Assembly: GCA_964416195.1 (NCBI GenBank)
Contig: CAYQDB010000007.1
Span: 78,160-142,159 of the forward strand
Direction: 5' to 3'
Source of the DNA: an uncultured Ignavibacteriales bacterium
GTDB taxonomy: Bacteria; Zixibacteria; MSB-5A5; GN15; FEB-12
Length of the DNA stretch: 64,000 bases
Of the stretch, positions 16,742-25,309 are shown one piece after another. Below the pieces are notes generated by a model. That model was not told the origin of the DNA. It did no database searches and worked only from the letters and a program-made list of their open reading frames with translations. Position numbers and translations under genes: made by a program. Position 1 is the first letter of the stretch. Every line of letters begins with the position of its first letter.

Positions 16742-17896
16742 TTAGGCAACCTCGACTCTGGGGATCGTCGGGGAAATGCGCGCCAGCATCTCATAACTGA
16801 TCGTCATGGCCCATTCGGCCAGTTGTCCCGCTGAAACCATCTCCTTTCCGCTCTGCCCAAGGAGAGTCACTTCGTCTCCCAGCTTCACGCCCTTGATATC
16901 GGTTACATCGACCATCATAAGATTCATGCAGACACGCCCTCGCACCGGCGCTCGCCTGCCTTTGATCAACACGTGCGCTCTGTTTGATAGACCGCGATCA
17001 TAACCGTCGTAGTACCCCACCGGCAGCACCGCCAGGCGAGTGGGGGAGGTAGTGCGATAGGTGCATCCGTAGCCGACAAAGGTATCTGCGGGAAGCCGCC
17101 TGACCTGGGTAACTCTGGTTTTCCAGGTAAGGACCGGTTGAAACAGGTCATTTCGCCCGCCACGCAGACGATAAGAGAGGTATGTTTCCTTCGAGGGCCA
17201 GTGCCCATAGGCGGCAATACCCGGACGCACCAGTTGGAAGCGAGTCTCTTCAAAGAGAATCAAGGCCGCCGAGCAGGCCGTATGACACACTGTCGGTTTT
17301 ATCCCCAAGCGGCTCATGGCCGTCACCAGGCGGTTGAAGTTCCTGAGCTGATACTCGGCATACTCGTGGTTGGTAGTATCTTCAATGTTGGCGAAATGTG
17401 TGCTGGCTCCATATGGCCTCTTCAGGCCGGGGTGTTTCTTGTACATTTCTGCAAAGGCCGGGAGCTCCTTTTCAGTAATCCCCTGACGGTTGGTGCCGGT
17501 CTCCAGTTTCAGATGCGTTCTAACAGGCCGGCCGCGCTTGTCTGCAAGCTTTCCAAGACCGCTGAGAGTTCGCCTATCAAAGATAACCGGCTCCAGGTCG
17601 TATTCCAGCACCGCGTCAAGAGATCCCGACGCCACCGGACCGAGCAACATGATCCTCCTGTCCCAGCCGCCCTCGCGAGAGGCTATAGCTTCTTCAAGAG
17701 AATGAACTGAAACGTAAGTAACCTCCGGCAGGGAAACAAGCATACGTACAATCTCCCGCAAGCCGTGCCCGTAGGCATTGGCCTTGACCGATACGGCCAG
17801 CATCCTCCCCCCGGCCAGTTTTGCCAGCGATCTGACGTTGTGCTTCAAAGCAGAGCACGACAGCTCGATCCAGTTGAGTGGATGTTGTATAGACAT
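16742..17896 (-). CDS. alr: Alanine racemase
   Basis: PLP-lysine motif AVSVKANAYGHG, and the C-terminal domain conserves VGYGCTY...LPVGYYDGY. The start is probably ATG 17896 (MSIQHPLNW); the ORF-track start is 17947. Confidence 0.9.
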   Translation of the reverse strand: MSIQHPLNWIELSCSALKHNVRSLAKLAGGRMLAVSVKANAYGHGLREIVRMLVSLPEVTYVSVHSLEEAIASREGGWDRRIMLLGPVASGSLDAVLEYDLEPVIFDRRTLSGLGKLADKRGRPVRTHLKLETGTNRQGITEKELPAFAEMYKKHPGLKRPYGASTHFANIEDTTNHEYAEYQLRNFNRLVTAMSRLGIKPTVCHTACSAALILFEETRFQLVRPGIAAYGHWPSKETYLSYRLRGGRNDLFQPVLTWKTRVTQVRRLPADTFVGYGCTYRTTSPTRLAVLPVGYYDGYDRGLSNRAHVLIKGRRAPVRGRVCMNLMMVDVTDIKGVKLGDEVTLLGQSGKEMVSAGQLAEWAMTISYEMLARISPTIPRVEVA

Positions 17897-18056
17897 ATTA
17901 TAACTTACACTGCACAGAAGAAACAGGACAATAAAAAAGATAACCATATACTAAGGGTGTGGGTATACCTGAAGTTAGCAGATGTATGCCGTGATGAACT
18001 CTTGATCACATTTCCCTTGATTAATTGGCGGTCAACATCATTTATTACTTTTATAG

Positions 18057-18749
18057 ATGAAGGACATCATCTCCAGAAACCTCATGGAATTGCGCGGGCA
18101 GATCGCCGAGGCGTGTGACCAGTACGACCGCGATGCAGATGACATTACAATCGTCGCTGTCACCAAAACCCATCCGACGACCGTCATCAAAACTGCCGTA
18201 GCAGCCGGAATCCACGAAATCGGTGAAAGCAAAGTCCAAGAAGCCGACCAGAAAATCAACGACGTGGGGCATATTGCCCGTTTCCACATGGTCGGTCACC
18301 TGCAGACTAACAAAGCCAAAAAAGCAGTTCTTCTTTTCGATGTCATCCAGTCGATCGATTCTTTCAAACTGGCCTGGGAGATCAACCGTCAGGCCGGACT
18401 TGTTGATCGAACAATTGAGTGTTACATCGAAGTCAACAGCTCCGGCGAGAGTCAGAAGTTCGGTGTGGCCCCATCTGAGTGCCTTGATTTTGTGAGAAAA
18501 GTCAATGCCCTCGACAATATCAAGCTGACTGGCTTAATGACAATTGCGCCATTTACAGATGATGAAGATACCGTCCGCCGGTCTTTCCGCCTTTGTCACG
18601 AGCTGTTTGACCAGGCCAGCGAGATAGCGGGGGATAACTTCGACACTCTCTCGATGGGGATGTCGGACGATTTCCCGCTGGCGATCGCCGAGGGGGCGAC
18701 CATGATCCGCATCGGCACAGCGCTTTTCGGACCGCGCCAGATGACATAG
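18057..18749 (+). CDS. yggS: YggS-family pyridoxal-phosphate homeostasis protein
   Basis: 230 aa with VAVTKTHP (PLP Lys), HMVGHLQTNK and LSMGMSDDF. Confidence 0.9.
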   Translation: MKDIISRNLMELRGQIAEACDQYDRDADDITIVAVTKTHPTTVIKTAVAAGIHEIGESKVQEADQKINDVGHIARFHMVGHLQTNKAKKAVLLFDVIQSIDSFKLAWEINRQAGLVDRTIECYIEVNSSGESQKFGVAPSECLDFVRKVNALDNIKLTGLMTIAPFTDDEDTVRRSFRLCHELFDQASEIAGDNFDTLSMGMSDDFPLAIAEGATMIRIGTALFGPRQMT

Positions 18750-19111
18750 GCGCCCTTCTAAAGCGGCCTGCGACAAGGTTTGACATTCTCGCACCAGTAA
18801 GAACCCACAAGAAGTAACCAAAAGACCACAGACAAACAGTACACTGCGCAACAGATCGGTCTTCTTAATCACGAGTTGAAATGTCCCTCCGGGCGGGGCA
18901 CCGATTTGCCGGTCCTATCACCTACCAAGGCAAGCCCGGAACCCAGTAACTATACCAAGCGCATCAGATTCCTGCTCAATCTTTTGGCAGAAAACCCCGA
19001 TAATAAATAGTGGCTGCGTCACCGCAACTAATCGGTTTGCAAAAACCGACTTGCCCGTGGCGCAGAGACAGTGATGGGAGAAGTGAGAACCTGAAGATAA
19101 GAGAGAGACTT

Positions 19112-20179
19112 ATGGATCTGTCACCCAATGATATCCGCAACTACGAGTTTTCGACTCAGATGCGTGGATATTCCAAGGACGAAGTGAATGATTTCCGGGA
19201 GCAGGCGGCCACTACGATAGAGGTGCTCAAGCAGGAGAACCTTAAGCTCTCTATGGAGATCGACTCGCTCAAGACACAGCTCGCGGGGTTACGACAGTTC
19301 GAAGACACGATTAAAAGCGCGGCCATCGATGCCAGGCGCAACGCTGATCTGACTGTCGCCAACGCCAAGAAGGAAGCCGAACTCATCCTGTCACAGGCTA
19401 AAACGGAGGCTGAGAGCATTATCGGATCTCGCACCCATAAGGTCACCGAGATAGAAGAACAGATCGCCAAGCTCCAGCTTGCCAAGAAATCATATCTCTA
19501 CAAGCTTCGCAATTTGATCAGGTCACACTTGGAGGTCCTCGAAGAGGTCGTCAGCAGCGAGCCTACTACACCGTCCAAGAGTGATATCGAGGTTACCGAG
19601 TCGACCGAGGTTTCTCATAAAAAGCTCGAGACTATCGCCTCCATGCCGGAGAAACCCGAACCGATCAAAACCGAAGAAGCCAATGCAGCCGAAGAGATAG
19701 TGCCGGTAGCGACTCCGCCCGAGGTCGGTATGATAGAAGAAGCGGCCCCAGCGGCAACAGAAGAGGTTCCCGACCAGCAGGTACTACCAGAGAGACCAGT
19801 TGATCCTGAACTAGCCGCAGCTCTGGAGAAGTATCAACGCAAAGAGGAAGAACCGCCGGCCGAACAACAGCCCCCCGTGGCCATGGCTGAAAGTCCCGCG
19901 GCGCCTGGCGAAATAGTTGAGACCACGGCGCGCGCCGAGGACATTCCAGAGGGTTTTATCACCCCGGAAACCGACAAGCCAACCGGCAATACCGTTGACC
20001 AAGTTGCGGTCACCGCCGACAGCCAGGCTGATGCGACAGAGCACAATGCCGTCGACATCGACAAGGCAGCGGATCAAGCAAAGGCCGATCCGAAAATGAA
20101 CCCTGAAAATCTTGCCGAGGAACTCGACCGCGTAGTCGCCAAGTTTGAAGAAGAAATGGATAAAGCCGAAAAAAGCTAA
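19112..20179 (+). CDS. divIVA: DivIVA-domain protein with a long acidic Pro/Glu/Ala-rich tail
   Basis: MDLSPNDIRNYEFSTQMRGYSKDEVNDF followed by coiled coil. I set the start at ATG 19112; the ORF track extends to GTG 19010. Confidence 0.8.
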   Translation: MDLSPNDIRNYEFSTQMRGYSKDEVNDFREQAATTIEVLKQENLKLSMEIDSLKTQLAGLRQFEDTIKSAAIDARRNADLTVANAKKEAELILSQAKTEAESIIGSRTHKVTEIEEQIAKLQLAKKSYLYKLRNLIRSHLEVLEEVVSSEPTTPSKSDIEVTESTEVSHKKLETIASMPEKPEPIKTEEANAAEEIVPVATPPEVGMIEEAAPAATEEVPDQQVLPERPVDPELAAALEKYQRKEEEPPAEQQPPVAMAESPAAPGEIVETTARAEDIPEGFITPETDKPTGNTVDQVAVTADSQADATEHNAVDIDKAADQAKADPKMNPENLAEELDRVVAKFEEEMDKAEKS

Positions 20180-20204
20180 GATTACTCCCACCTAACGTAT
20201 AAAA

Positions 20205-20242
20205 GACTGGCCACCAATACCCTTCCCGGCCAGTCTTTTTTT
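20205..20242 (+). terminator. Rho-independent terminator after divIVA
   Basis: GACTGGCC (20205-12) pairs with GGCCAGTC (20228-35), followed by T7. AAAA precedes the stem, so it may work in both directions. Confidence 0.7.
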
Positions 20243-20325
20243 GCCCGCCATTTTTCTGCTGACAGTAACAGAAGAATCGATATATTCGTTAATATATTTG
20301 AAGCGCATTATTCTAAAGGAGATAG

Positions 20326-21159
20326 ATGATGGAGAACCTTGACGAGTTTCATAGAATGCTGGAGGAAGCAGTCAGCTACGTAAAGAGCCAGGTGACTTTG
20401 ACACCACGCATTGGCATCATTTTAGGCACCGGGTTAGGATCACTCGTGGAGGGCATCGAGATGACAGGCACTGTCGCCTATGACAAAATCCCGCACTTTC
20501 CAGTTTCAACCGTTGAGTCACACGCCGGGCGACTGCTCTTCGGCCACCTGAAAGGCAAACCTGTTGTCTGTATGCAGGGGCGTTTCCACTATTATGAAGG
20601 CTACAGTTTCCAGCAAATCGCATTTCCAGTGCGGGTGATGAAGGCGCTGGGTATCGAAACTCTGATCGTTTCCAACGCCGCCGGTGGGATGAACCCCAAC
20701 TTCAAGCCGGGTGACATCATGCTTATTAAAGACCACATCAACTTCTTCCCCGGCAATCCACTTATTGGTCCCAATGACAATGAATGGGGCGACCGCTTCC
20801 CGGACATGTACGAAGTCTATAACTGCGGCTACCAGCAACTGGCCAAAGAGGTAGCGCTGAAGCAGAACCTTCGATTACAGGAGGGAATCTATGTCGGCCT
20901 GACCGGCCCCTGCCTGGAGACGGCGGCGGAGTACCGGATGCTGCGCGGTTTCGGCGCCGATGCCGTAGGGATGTCGACTGTGCCGGAGGTAATCACCGCC
21001 CACCACCAGCATAACAAGATTCTGGCCTTTTCGATTATCACCGATATGGGTTTAGCTGACAACATGCACCCCTGCTCTTTAGAGGACGTCATCGGCACAG
21101 CCTCCTCCACCGAACCGAAACTGCGGGATTTGATAGCTGGGTGTGTGGAGAGGATGTAG
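20326..21159 (+). CDS. punA: Purine nucleoside phosphorylase (PNP/MTAP family, PunA type)
   Basis: 277 aa with GRLLFGHLKGKPVVCMQGRFHYYEG, SNAAGG, GPCLETAAEYR and GMSTVPE. Confidence 0.9.
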   Translation: MMENLDEFHRMLEEAVSYVKSQVTLTPRIGIILGTGLGSLVEGIEMTGTVAYDKIPHFPVSTVESHAGRLLFGHLKGKPVVCMQGRFHYYEGYSFQQIAFPVRVMKALGIETLIVSNAAGGMNPNFKPGDIMLIKDHINFFPGNPLIGPNDNEWGDRFPDMYEVYNCGYQQLAKEVALKQNLRLQEGIYVGLTGPCLETAAEYRMLRGFGADAVGMSTVPEVITAHHQHNKILAFSIITDMGLADNMHPCSLEDVIGTASSTEPKLRDLIAGCVERM

Positions 21160-21688
21160 GAATAACATACGCAATAGGCGTCAGCCAGAGACGGCTGACA
21201 CCACAATAATTGGAGGTGACAAGCTGATCAGGAGATTCTTACCACAAATAGCAATTGTCCTAATAGGTTTAATAGGATTCATCATTTGGGGCCTTTGGGG
21301 TCTAATTGGTGGCCTTGTAGGCGGGTACATCGTAGTGTCACTCTTTGGCCTAATATTAGTTGCTGTTTCTGGCGGTATTCTCCCCCAAAAAGCCAGAAAA
21401 CAGGCCGCTCGCGAGTTCTATGCTCGGTATGCCCAGTGGTTGGTAACTAAGATTCCCGATAACTTCAGGGGGCAAGAAATTCAATATATTGAGAAACTAC
21501 TGGAGAGAATCTACAAAAAAGCAGCAGTGATAGGTCCCTTTTCATCGTCAGGTATGTCATTAGCGGAAGTAACGACTGCTGTTGACATAATCAAGAATGA
21601 AGAGTCAAGTCAGAGCGTGGTCGATATAGTAGACCACCTTTATGATTATTTAGTAGACGAGTGGTACTTCCCTCAGACAAAGGAGTAG
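21143..21688 (+). CDS. Hypothetical membrane protein (2 TM plus a soluble C-terminal domain)
   Basis: ORF with no recognisable family. The start is uncertain because the ATG 21143 version reads through a REP hairpin. An in-frame CTG at 21224 follows GGAGG by 7 nt. Confidence 0.45.
   Translation: MWRGCRNNIRNRRQPETADTTIIGGDKLIRRFLPQIAIVLIGLIGFIIWGLWGLIGGLVGGYIVVSLFGLILVAVSGGILPQKARKQAAREFYARYAQWLVTKIPDNFRGQEIQYIEKLLERIYKKAAVIGPFSSSGMSLAEVTTAVDIIKNEESSQSVVDIVDHLYDYLVDEWYFPQTKE
21180..21199. repeat. REP-type hairpin
   Basis: GTCAGCC-AGAGAC-GGCTGAC, just after the PNP stop. It is the same hairpin family as 21744-21766 and 22409-22431. Confidence 0.7.
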
Positions 21689-21695
21689 TCTCAAT

Positions 21696-21768
21696 GTGCC
21701 GTCAGGCGTCTCTGCCTGAAGGCTCCCAGCCCATCGAGACAAGTGTCAGCCCGAGACGGCTGACACCA
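21696..21768. repeat. REP unit (two hairpins) on the 3' side of the RAYT gene
   Basis: GTGCCGTCAGGCGTCTCTGCCTGAA...GTGTCAGCCCGAGACGGCTGACACCAC. The near-identical unit recurs at 22362-22434. Confidence 0.8.
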
Positions 21769-21778
21769 CGTTGTATTC

Positions 21779-22279
21779 TTACAGTTCAAGCTCTGTTGTC
21801 ACCATATCATCCGGTGCCGTTCCAAGCCAAGCAGCCGACGACGAAAAGGAGTAATTCTCTGCTAGGTTTGCCAGCTTCGCCTTTACCGGATTATTGTGGA
21901 TATAATTCAGTTTTACACGGAATTGTTCTTCAGTGTAAATAGCAACATCATCAAACCGAGGTGCCCAAATTCCGGGAGTGTTTCGAAACATTTTGCGCCA
22001 AGAAAGCGACTTAATATCCCGCATAAAATCTGAGAGTTCCGGCCCACCTCCTTGCACACCGACCAAGAGATGCACGTGATTCGGCATTAGCACATATCCG
22101 TAAAGCTTTGCGACATGCTTTCGCACTACTTGATAGATGACATTCCTCAGTTCTATAAGTTTCTCAGTTGTGTCAAAGAGCTGCCGGTGATCTTTTACTG
22201 TAGTAGTAACAAAGAAAACTCGCTGCTCTCTAAGTGAACTTCTTCCCCGTCTTGACATACCACCGCAAATTACATACAC
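21779..22279 (-). CDS. REP-associated tyrosine transposase (RAYT; IS200/IS605-like Y1 HUH transposase)
   Basis: 166 aa with HUH motif PNHVHLLV and catalytic-Tyr region LNYIHNNPVKA. REP hairpins flank it on both sides. Confidence 0.85.
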   Translation of the reverse strand: MYVICGGMSRRGRSSLREQRVFFVTTTVKDHRQLFDTTEKLIELRNVIYQVVRKHVAKLYGYVLMPNHVHLLVGVQGGGPELSDFMRDIKSLSWRKMFRNTPGIWAPRFDDVAIYTEEQFRVKLNYIHNNPVKAKLANLAENYSFSSSAAWLGTAPDDMVTTELEL

Positions 22280-22302
22280 GAATGCTTCTTAGCAACGAAA
22301 TA

Positions 22303-22486
22303 GGTGTCAGGCAGAGTCACCCGACACCACCTAGAAACACGCAGTGAGAAAAGCCATTCAAGTGCCGTCAGGCGTCCCTGCCTGACGGCTGCCAGCCCAT
22401 CGCGACAAGTGTCAGCCAGAGACGGCCGACACCACCTAAGAGAGTAAACGCTGCCTATAAGGTGCCGTCAGGCGTCTCGGCCTGAC
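22303..22486. repeat. REP cluster (three units) on the 5' side of the RAYT gene
   Basis: GGTGTCAGG...CCCGACACC (22303-30), a full two-hairpin unit (22362-22434), and GTCAGGC-GTCTCG-GCCTGAC (22467-86). Confidence 0.8.
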
Positions 22487-22614
22487 GGTTTCCTGACTTC
22501 CAGTCCCCTTGCTTTTTCCCGTCGACTCCCCAATATTCTGTCATGCGGTTGGCTTACTGAACCTGACAACCTTGCAGACGAAATAAGAATGTGAAAATCA
22601 ACAGGAGAAACCCA

Positions 22615-23187
22615 ATGAAAAAATCCTTCGGCGCTAAATCTCTGATCTTTCCAATGCCCGTTTGGGTAGTGGGGACTTATGACAAGGATGGCAAACCCAA
22701 CGCCATGGCCGTCGCCTACGGCGGGGTTTGCTGCTCCGATCCTCCCTGTATCACCGTCTCTCTGAGGAAAGCCACGTATTCATACGGGAGTATTCTGTCC
22801 CGTAAAGCCTACACGGTGAATGTTCCGTCCGAGGCTCACATCAAAGAGGCCGACTATTTCGGGATAGAATCGGGGAGATCGGAAGACAAGTTCGCCGCTA
22901 CCGGGCTTACGCCCGTGAAGAGCGATCTGGTAGATGCGCCATATATCAAGGAGTTCCCGCTGGTGCTGGAGTGCAAGCTCGCCCACACTCTTGAATTGGG
23001 TCGGCACACGCAGTTTGTCGGCGAAATTGTGGATGTAAAAATCGATGAAGCTGTCCTGGGAGAGAAAGGGGAACCCGACATTGAGAAGTTAAAACCTTTC
23101 ATCTATGCCACCCAAACGCACAGCTATTATAGAATTGGTCAATACCTCGGCCAGGCGTATACCATAGGGAAAGAGTTTCAGAAGTGA
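22615..23187 (+). CDS. Flavin reductase-like FMN-binding protein
   Basis: MKKSFGAKSLIFPMPVWVVGTYDKDGKPNAMAVAYGG matches the flavin_reduct fold pattern. ATG 22615 follows AGGAG. Confidence 0.75.
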   Translation: MKKSFGAKSLIFPMPVWVVGTYDKDGKPNAMAVAYGGVCCSDPPCITVSLRKATYSYGSILSRKAYTVNVPSEAHIKEADYFGIESGRSEDKFAATGLTPVKSDLVDAPYIKEFPLVLECKLAHTLELGRHTQFVGEIVDVKIDEAVLGEKGEPDIEKLKPFIYATQTHSYYRIGQYLGQAYTIGKEFQK

Positions 23188-23324
23188 ATGGTGCGGTTGG
23201 GCTTCTCTCCACCAAAAGGGTGAAGGGAAGTCCACCTGCTCGATAAACAGGCTCGGCTTGCTTTTGCTCGGCTTCCACCGCATATTAGGCCATTGAAAAT
23301 CCGCCAGCCACAGAAAGGAGCGCT

Positions 23325-25148
23325 ATGCCTATCGCAACTGAGGCCAAGACAAAACCAAAGGCTATCCCGACACGGGATGTAATCGAAGATAACTACAAGT
23401 GGAATCTACGGGACCTTTACAAATCCGATGACGACTGGGAGGCGGACTTAAAAAAAGCGCAGGGCCTGATAGAGAAAGCTCAAGAGTTCGCCGGGAAACT
23501 GGCCAGCTCCGCCGATCTTCTCTACCACTGCCTTGAAACCAGAAGCGAGCTGCTGCTGACTGCCGCCAAGCTCTATCAGTACGCCAAACTCAGCCAGGAC
23601 CTTGACAACCGCGTCTCCAAGTACCAGGCGATGACCGACCGGGCGGCGATGCTCTCCTCACAGGCAGGTGCGGCGTTTGCCTTCATAGAGCCGGAGCTTC
23701 TGAAAATTGAAGAAGAGACGCTCCGGCAGATGTCTGAACAGTTCCCAAAGACTGACGTATATGACGTCTATATCAAGGACCTGATCCGCTCCCGAAAACA
23801 TATCCGCTCACAGGAAGTGGAAGAACTGCTGGCTCAGTCGTCAATGATCGCCCGTGGACCGGACACAGTCTTTACGATGCTCGACGACGCTGACCTGAAG
23901 TATCCTCCGATCAAAGATGAAAAAGGCAACGAAGTCACCCTTTCCAAACAGCGTTTTGCCAAGTTCCTTGAATCATCCGATCGCCGCGTGCGCCGAGAGG
24001 CCTTCGAAGGCTTTTATTCCGTCTACAAGGACCACATCAACACCTTTGGGGCGTCTCTAGCGTCAACCATAAACGCTGATATTTTCTATTCACGTGCCCG
24101 CCACTTTGAGAGCTGCCTGCACAGCGCTCTGTACAATGACAATATACCGGTTTCCGTTTACAATTCACTGCTTGACACCACCGAGAACAACCTCGAAAGC
24201 CTGCATAAGTACATAACCCTGCGCAAGCGGATTCTCAAGCTCGATGAGATTCAACCCTACGACCTTGTCTGTCCGCTCTTCCCGGACAGGGACTACGAGG
24301 TGAAATACCAAGAGGCTATAGACAGGATCCTCGAAGCCTTAAAGCCACTTGGAAAGAGGTACGGAGAAAACCTCCGCAACGGGTTTGCGTCTCAGTGGGT
24401 TGATGTTTTTGAAACCCAGGGCAAGGGCGGCGGAGCTTATAGCTGGGGAAGCTACTCGGCCCATCCCTTTGTCTTGATGAATTACAATGACACCGTCGAC
24501 AACATGTTCACCCTCGCCCACGAGATGGGCCATGCCCTGCATAGTTATCTGTCCAACTCCACTCAACCCTACCCAAAGGCGCAGTATTCCATATTCCTGG
24601 CCGAGGTAGCCTCCACTCTCAACGAAGGGCTGCTTATCCACTATCTATTGCAAAAAGCAACGGACAAACAGGAGAGGTTATATCTCCTCAACCGGTACAT
24701 CGACATAACAGTGGGGACCTTTTTCAACCAGGTGATGTACGCCCGCTTTGAGCTGGCAATACATGAGGAAGTGGAGAAAGGTGGCGCTCTTTCGCCGGAA
24801 GTACTCAGCAAACTGTGGGATGAGTTAGGCAGCCGGTACTTCGGCCCGGAATTGGCAAAGGATGAACTCTCACCACTCAAGTGGAGCCGCGTCCCGCATT
24901 TCTACATGACCTTCTATGTCTACCAGTACGCCACCTCGTACGCCGCCTCACAGGCGATCTTGAGCAAGATTCTGGCCGGAGAGAAGGCGATAATTGACCG
25001 CTACCTCAAGATGCTCTCCGCCGGCGGCAGCGATTACCCGATTGAGCTTTTGAAAATCTGCGATATCGACATGACCACCGCCGCCCCGATCCAAGCTACC
25101 CTCAAGATGTTCTCCGAGCATGTGGATGAGATGGAGAGGCTGGTGTAG
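23325..25148 (+). CDS. pepF: Oligoendopeptidase F (M3B)
   Basis: 607 aa with zinc motif LAHEMGHALH and M3B-typical length and layout. Confidence 0.9.
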   Translation: MPIATEAKTKPKAIPTRDVIEDNYKWNLRDLYKSDDDWEADLKKAQGLIEKAQEFAGKLASSADLLYHCLETRSELLLTAAKLYQYAKLSQDLDNRVSKYQAMTDRAAMLSSQAGAAFAFIEPELLKIEEETLRQMSEQFPKTDVYDVYIKDLIRSRKHIRSQEVEELLAQSSMIARGPDTVFTMLDDADLKYPPIKDEKGNEVTLSKQRFAKFLESSDRRVRREAFEGFYSVYKDHINTFGASLASTINADIFYSRARHFESCLHSALYNDNIPVSVYNSLLDTTENNLESLHKYITLRKRILKLDEIQPYDLVCPLFPDRDYEVKYQEAIDRILEALKPLGKRYGENLRNGFASQWVDVFETQGKGGGAYSWGSYSAHPFVLMNYNDTVDNMFTLAHEMGHALHSYLSNSTQPYPKAQYSIFLAEVASTLNEGLLIHYLLQKATDKQERLYLLNRYIDITVGTFFNQVMYARFELAIHEEVEKGGALSPEVLSKLWDELGSRYFGPELAKDELSPLKWSRVPHFYMTFYVYQYATSYAASQAILSKILAGEKAIIDRYLKMLSAGGSDYPIELLKICDIDMTTAAPIQATLKMFSEHVDEMERLV

Positions 25149-25165
25149 TAAACACTCCTGTGAGT

Positions 25166-25196
25166 GGCAGATGTCCACATCTGCCTTGACCTTTTT
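25166..25196 (+). terminator. Possible terminator after pepF
   Basis: GGCAGATG-TCCA-CATCTGCC. A T5 run starts only 6 nt after the stem. Confidence 0.4.
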
Positions 25197-25309
25197 CGTT
25201 CTGTAGGGTCCTGATCGCGTTTTACTTCATCCAAAAAGTCTTTACAATAATTGCCGAATAAAGTAATTTATTAGGTTATTATTGAACCAAGCCAGAGAGT
25301 TATGAACAG

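Noticed and set aside
18534-18872. 112-aa minus-strand ORF with a lipoprotein-like N-terminus (LFVCGLLVTSC) downstream of yggS.
   Set aside because: Two thirds of it is antisense to the 3' end of the well-supported yggS gene, and only the first ~40 codons lie in intergenic DNA. It is probably spurious, but a much shorter lipopeptide cannot be excluded.
19010-19111. N-terminal 34-aa extension of DivIVA from GTG 19010.
   Set aside because: The extension (MAASPQLIGLQKPTCPWRRDSDG...) is unlike DivIVA N-termini. The conserved domain starts exactly at ATG 19112, which has a purine-rich stretch upstream.
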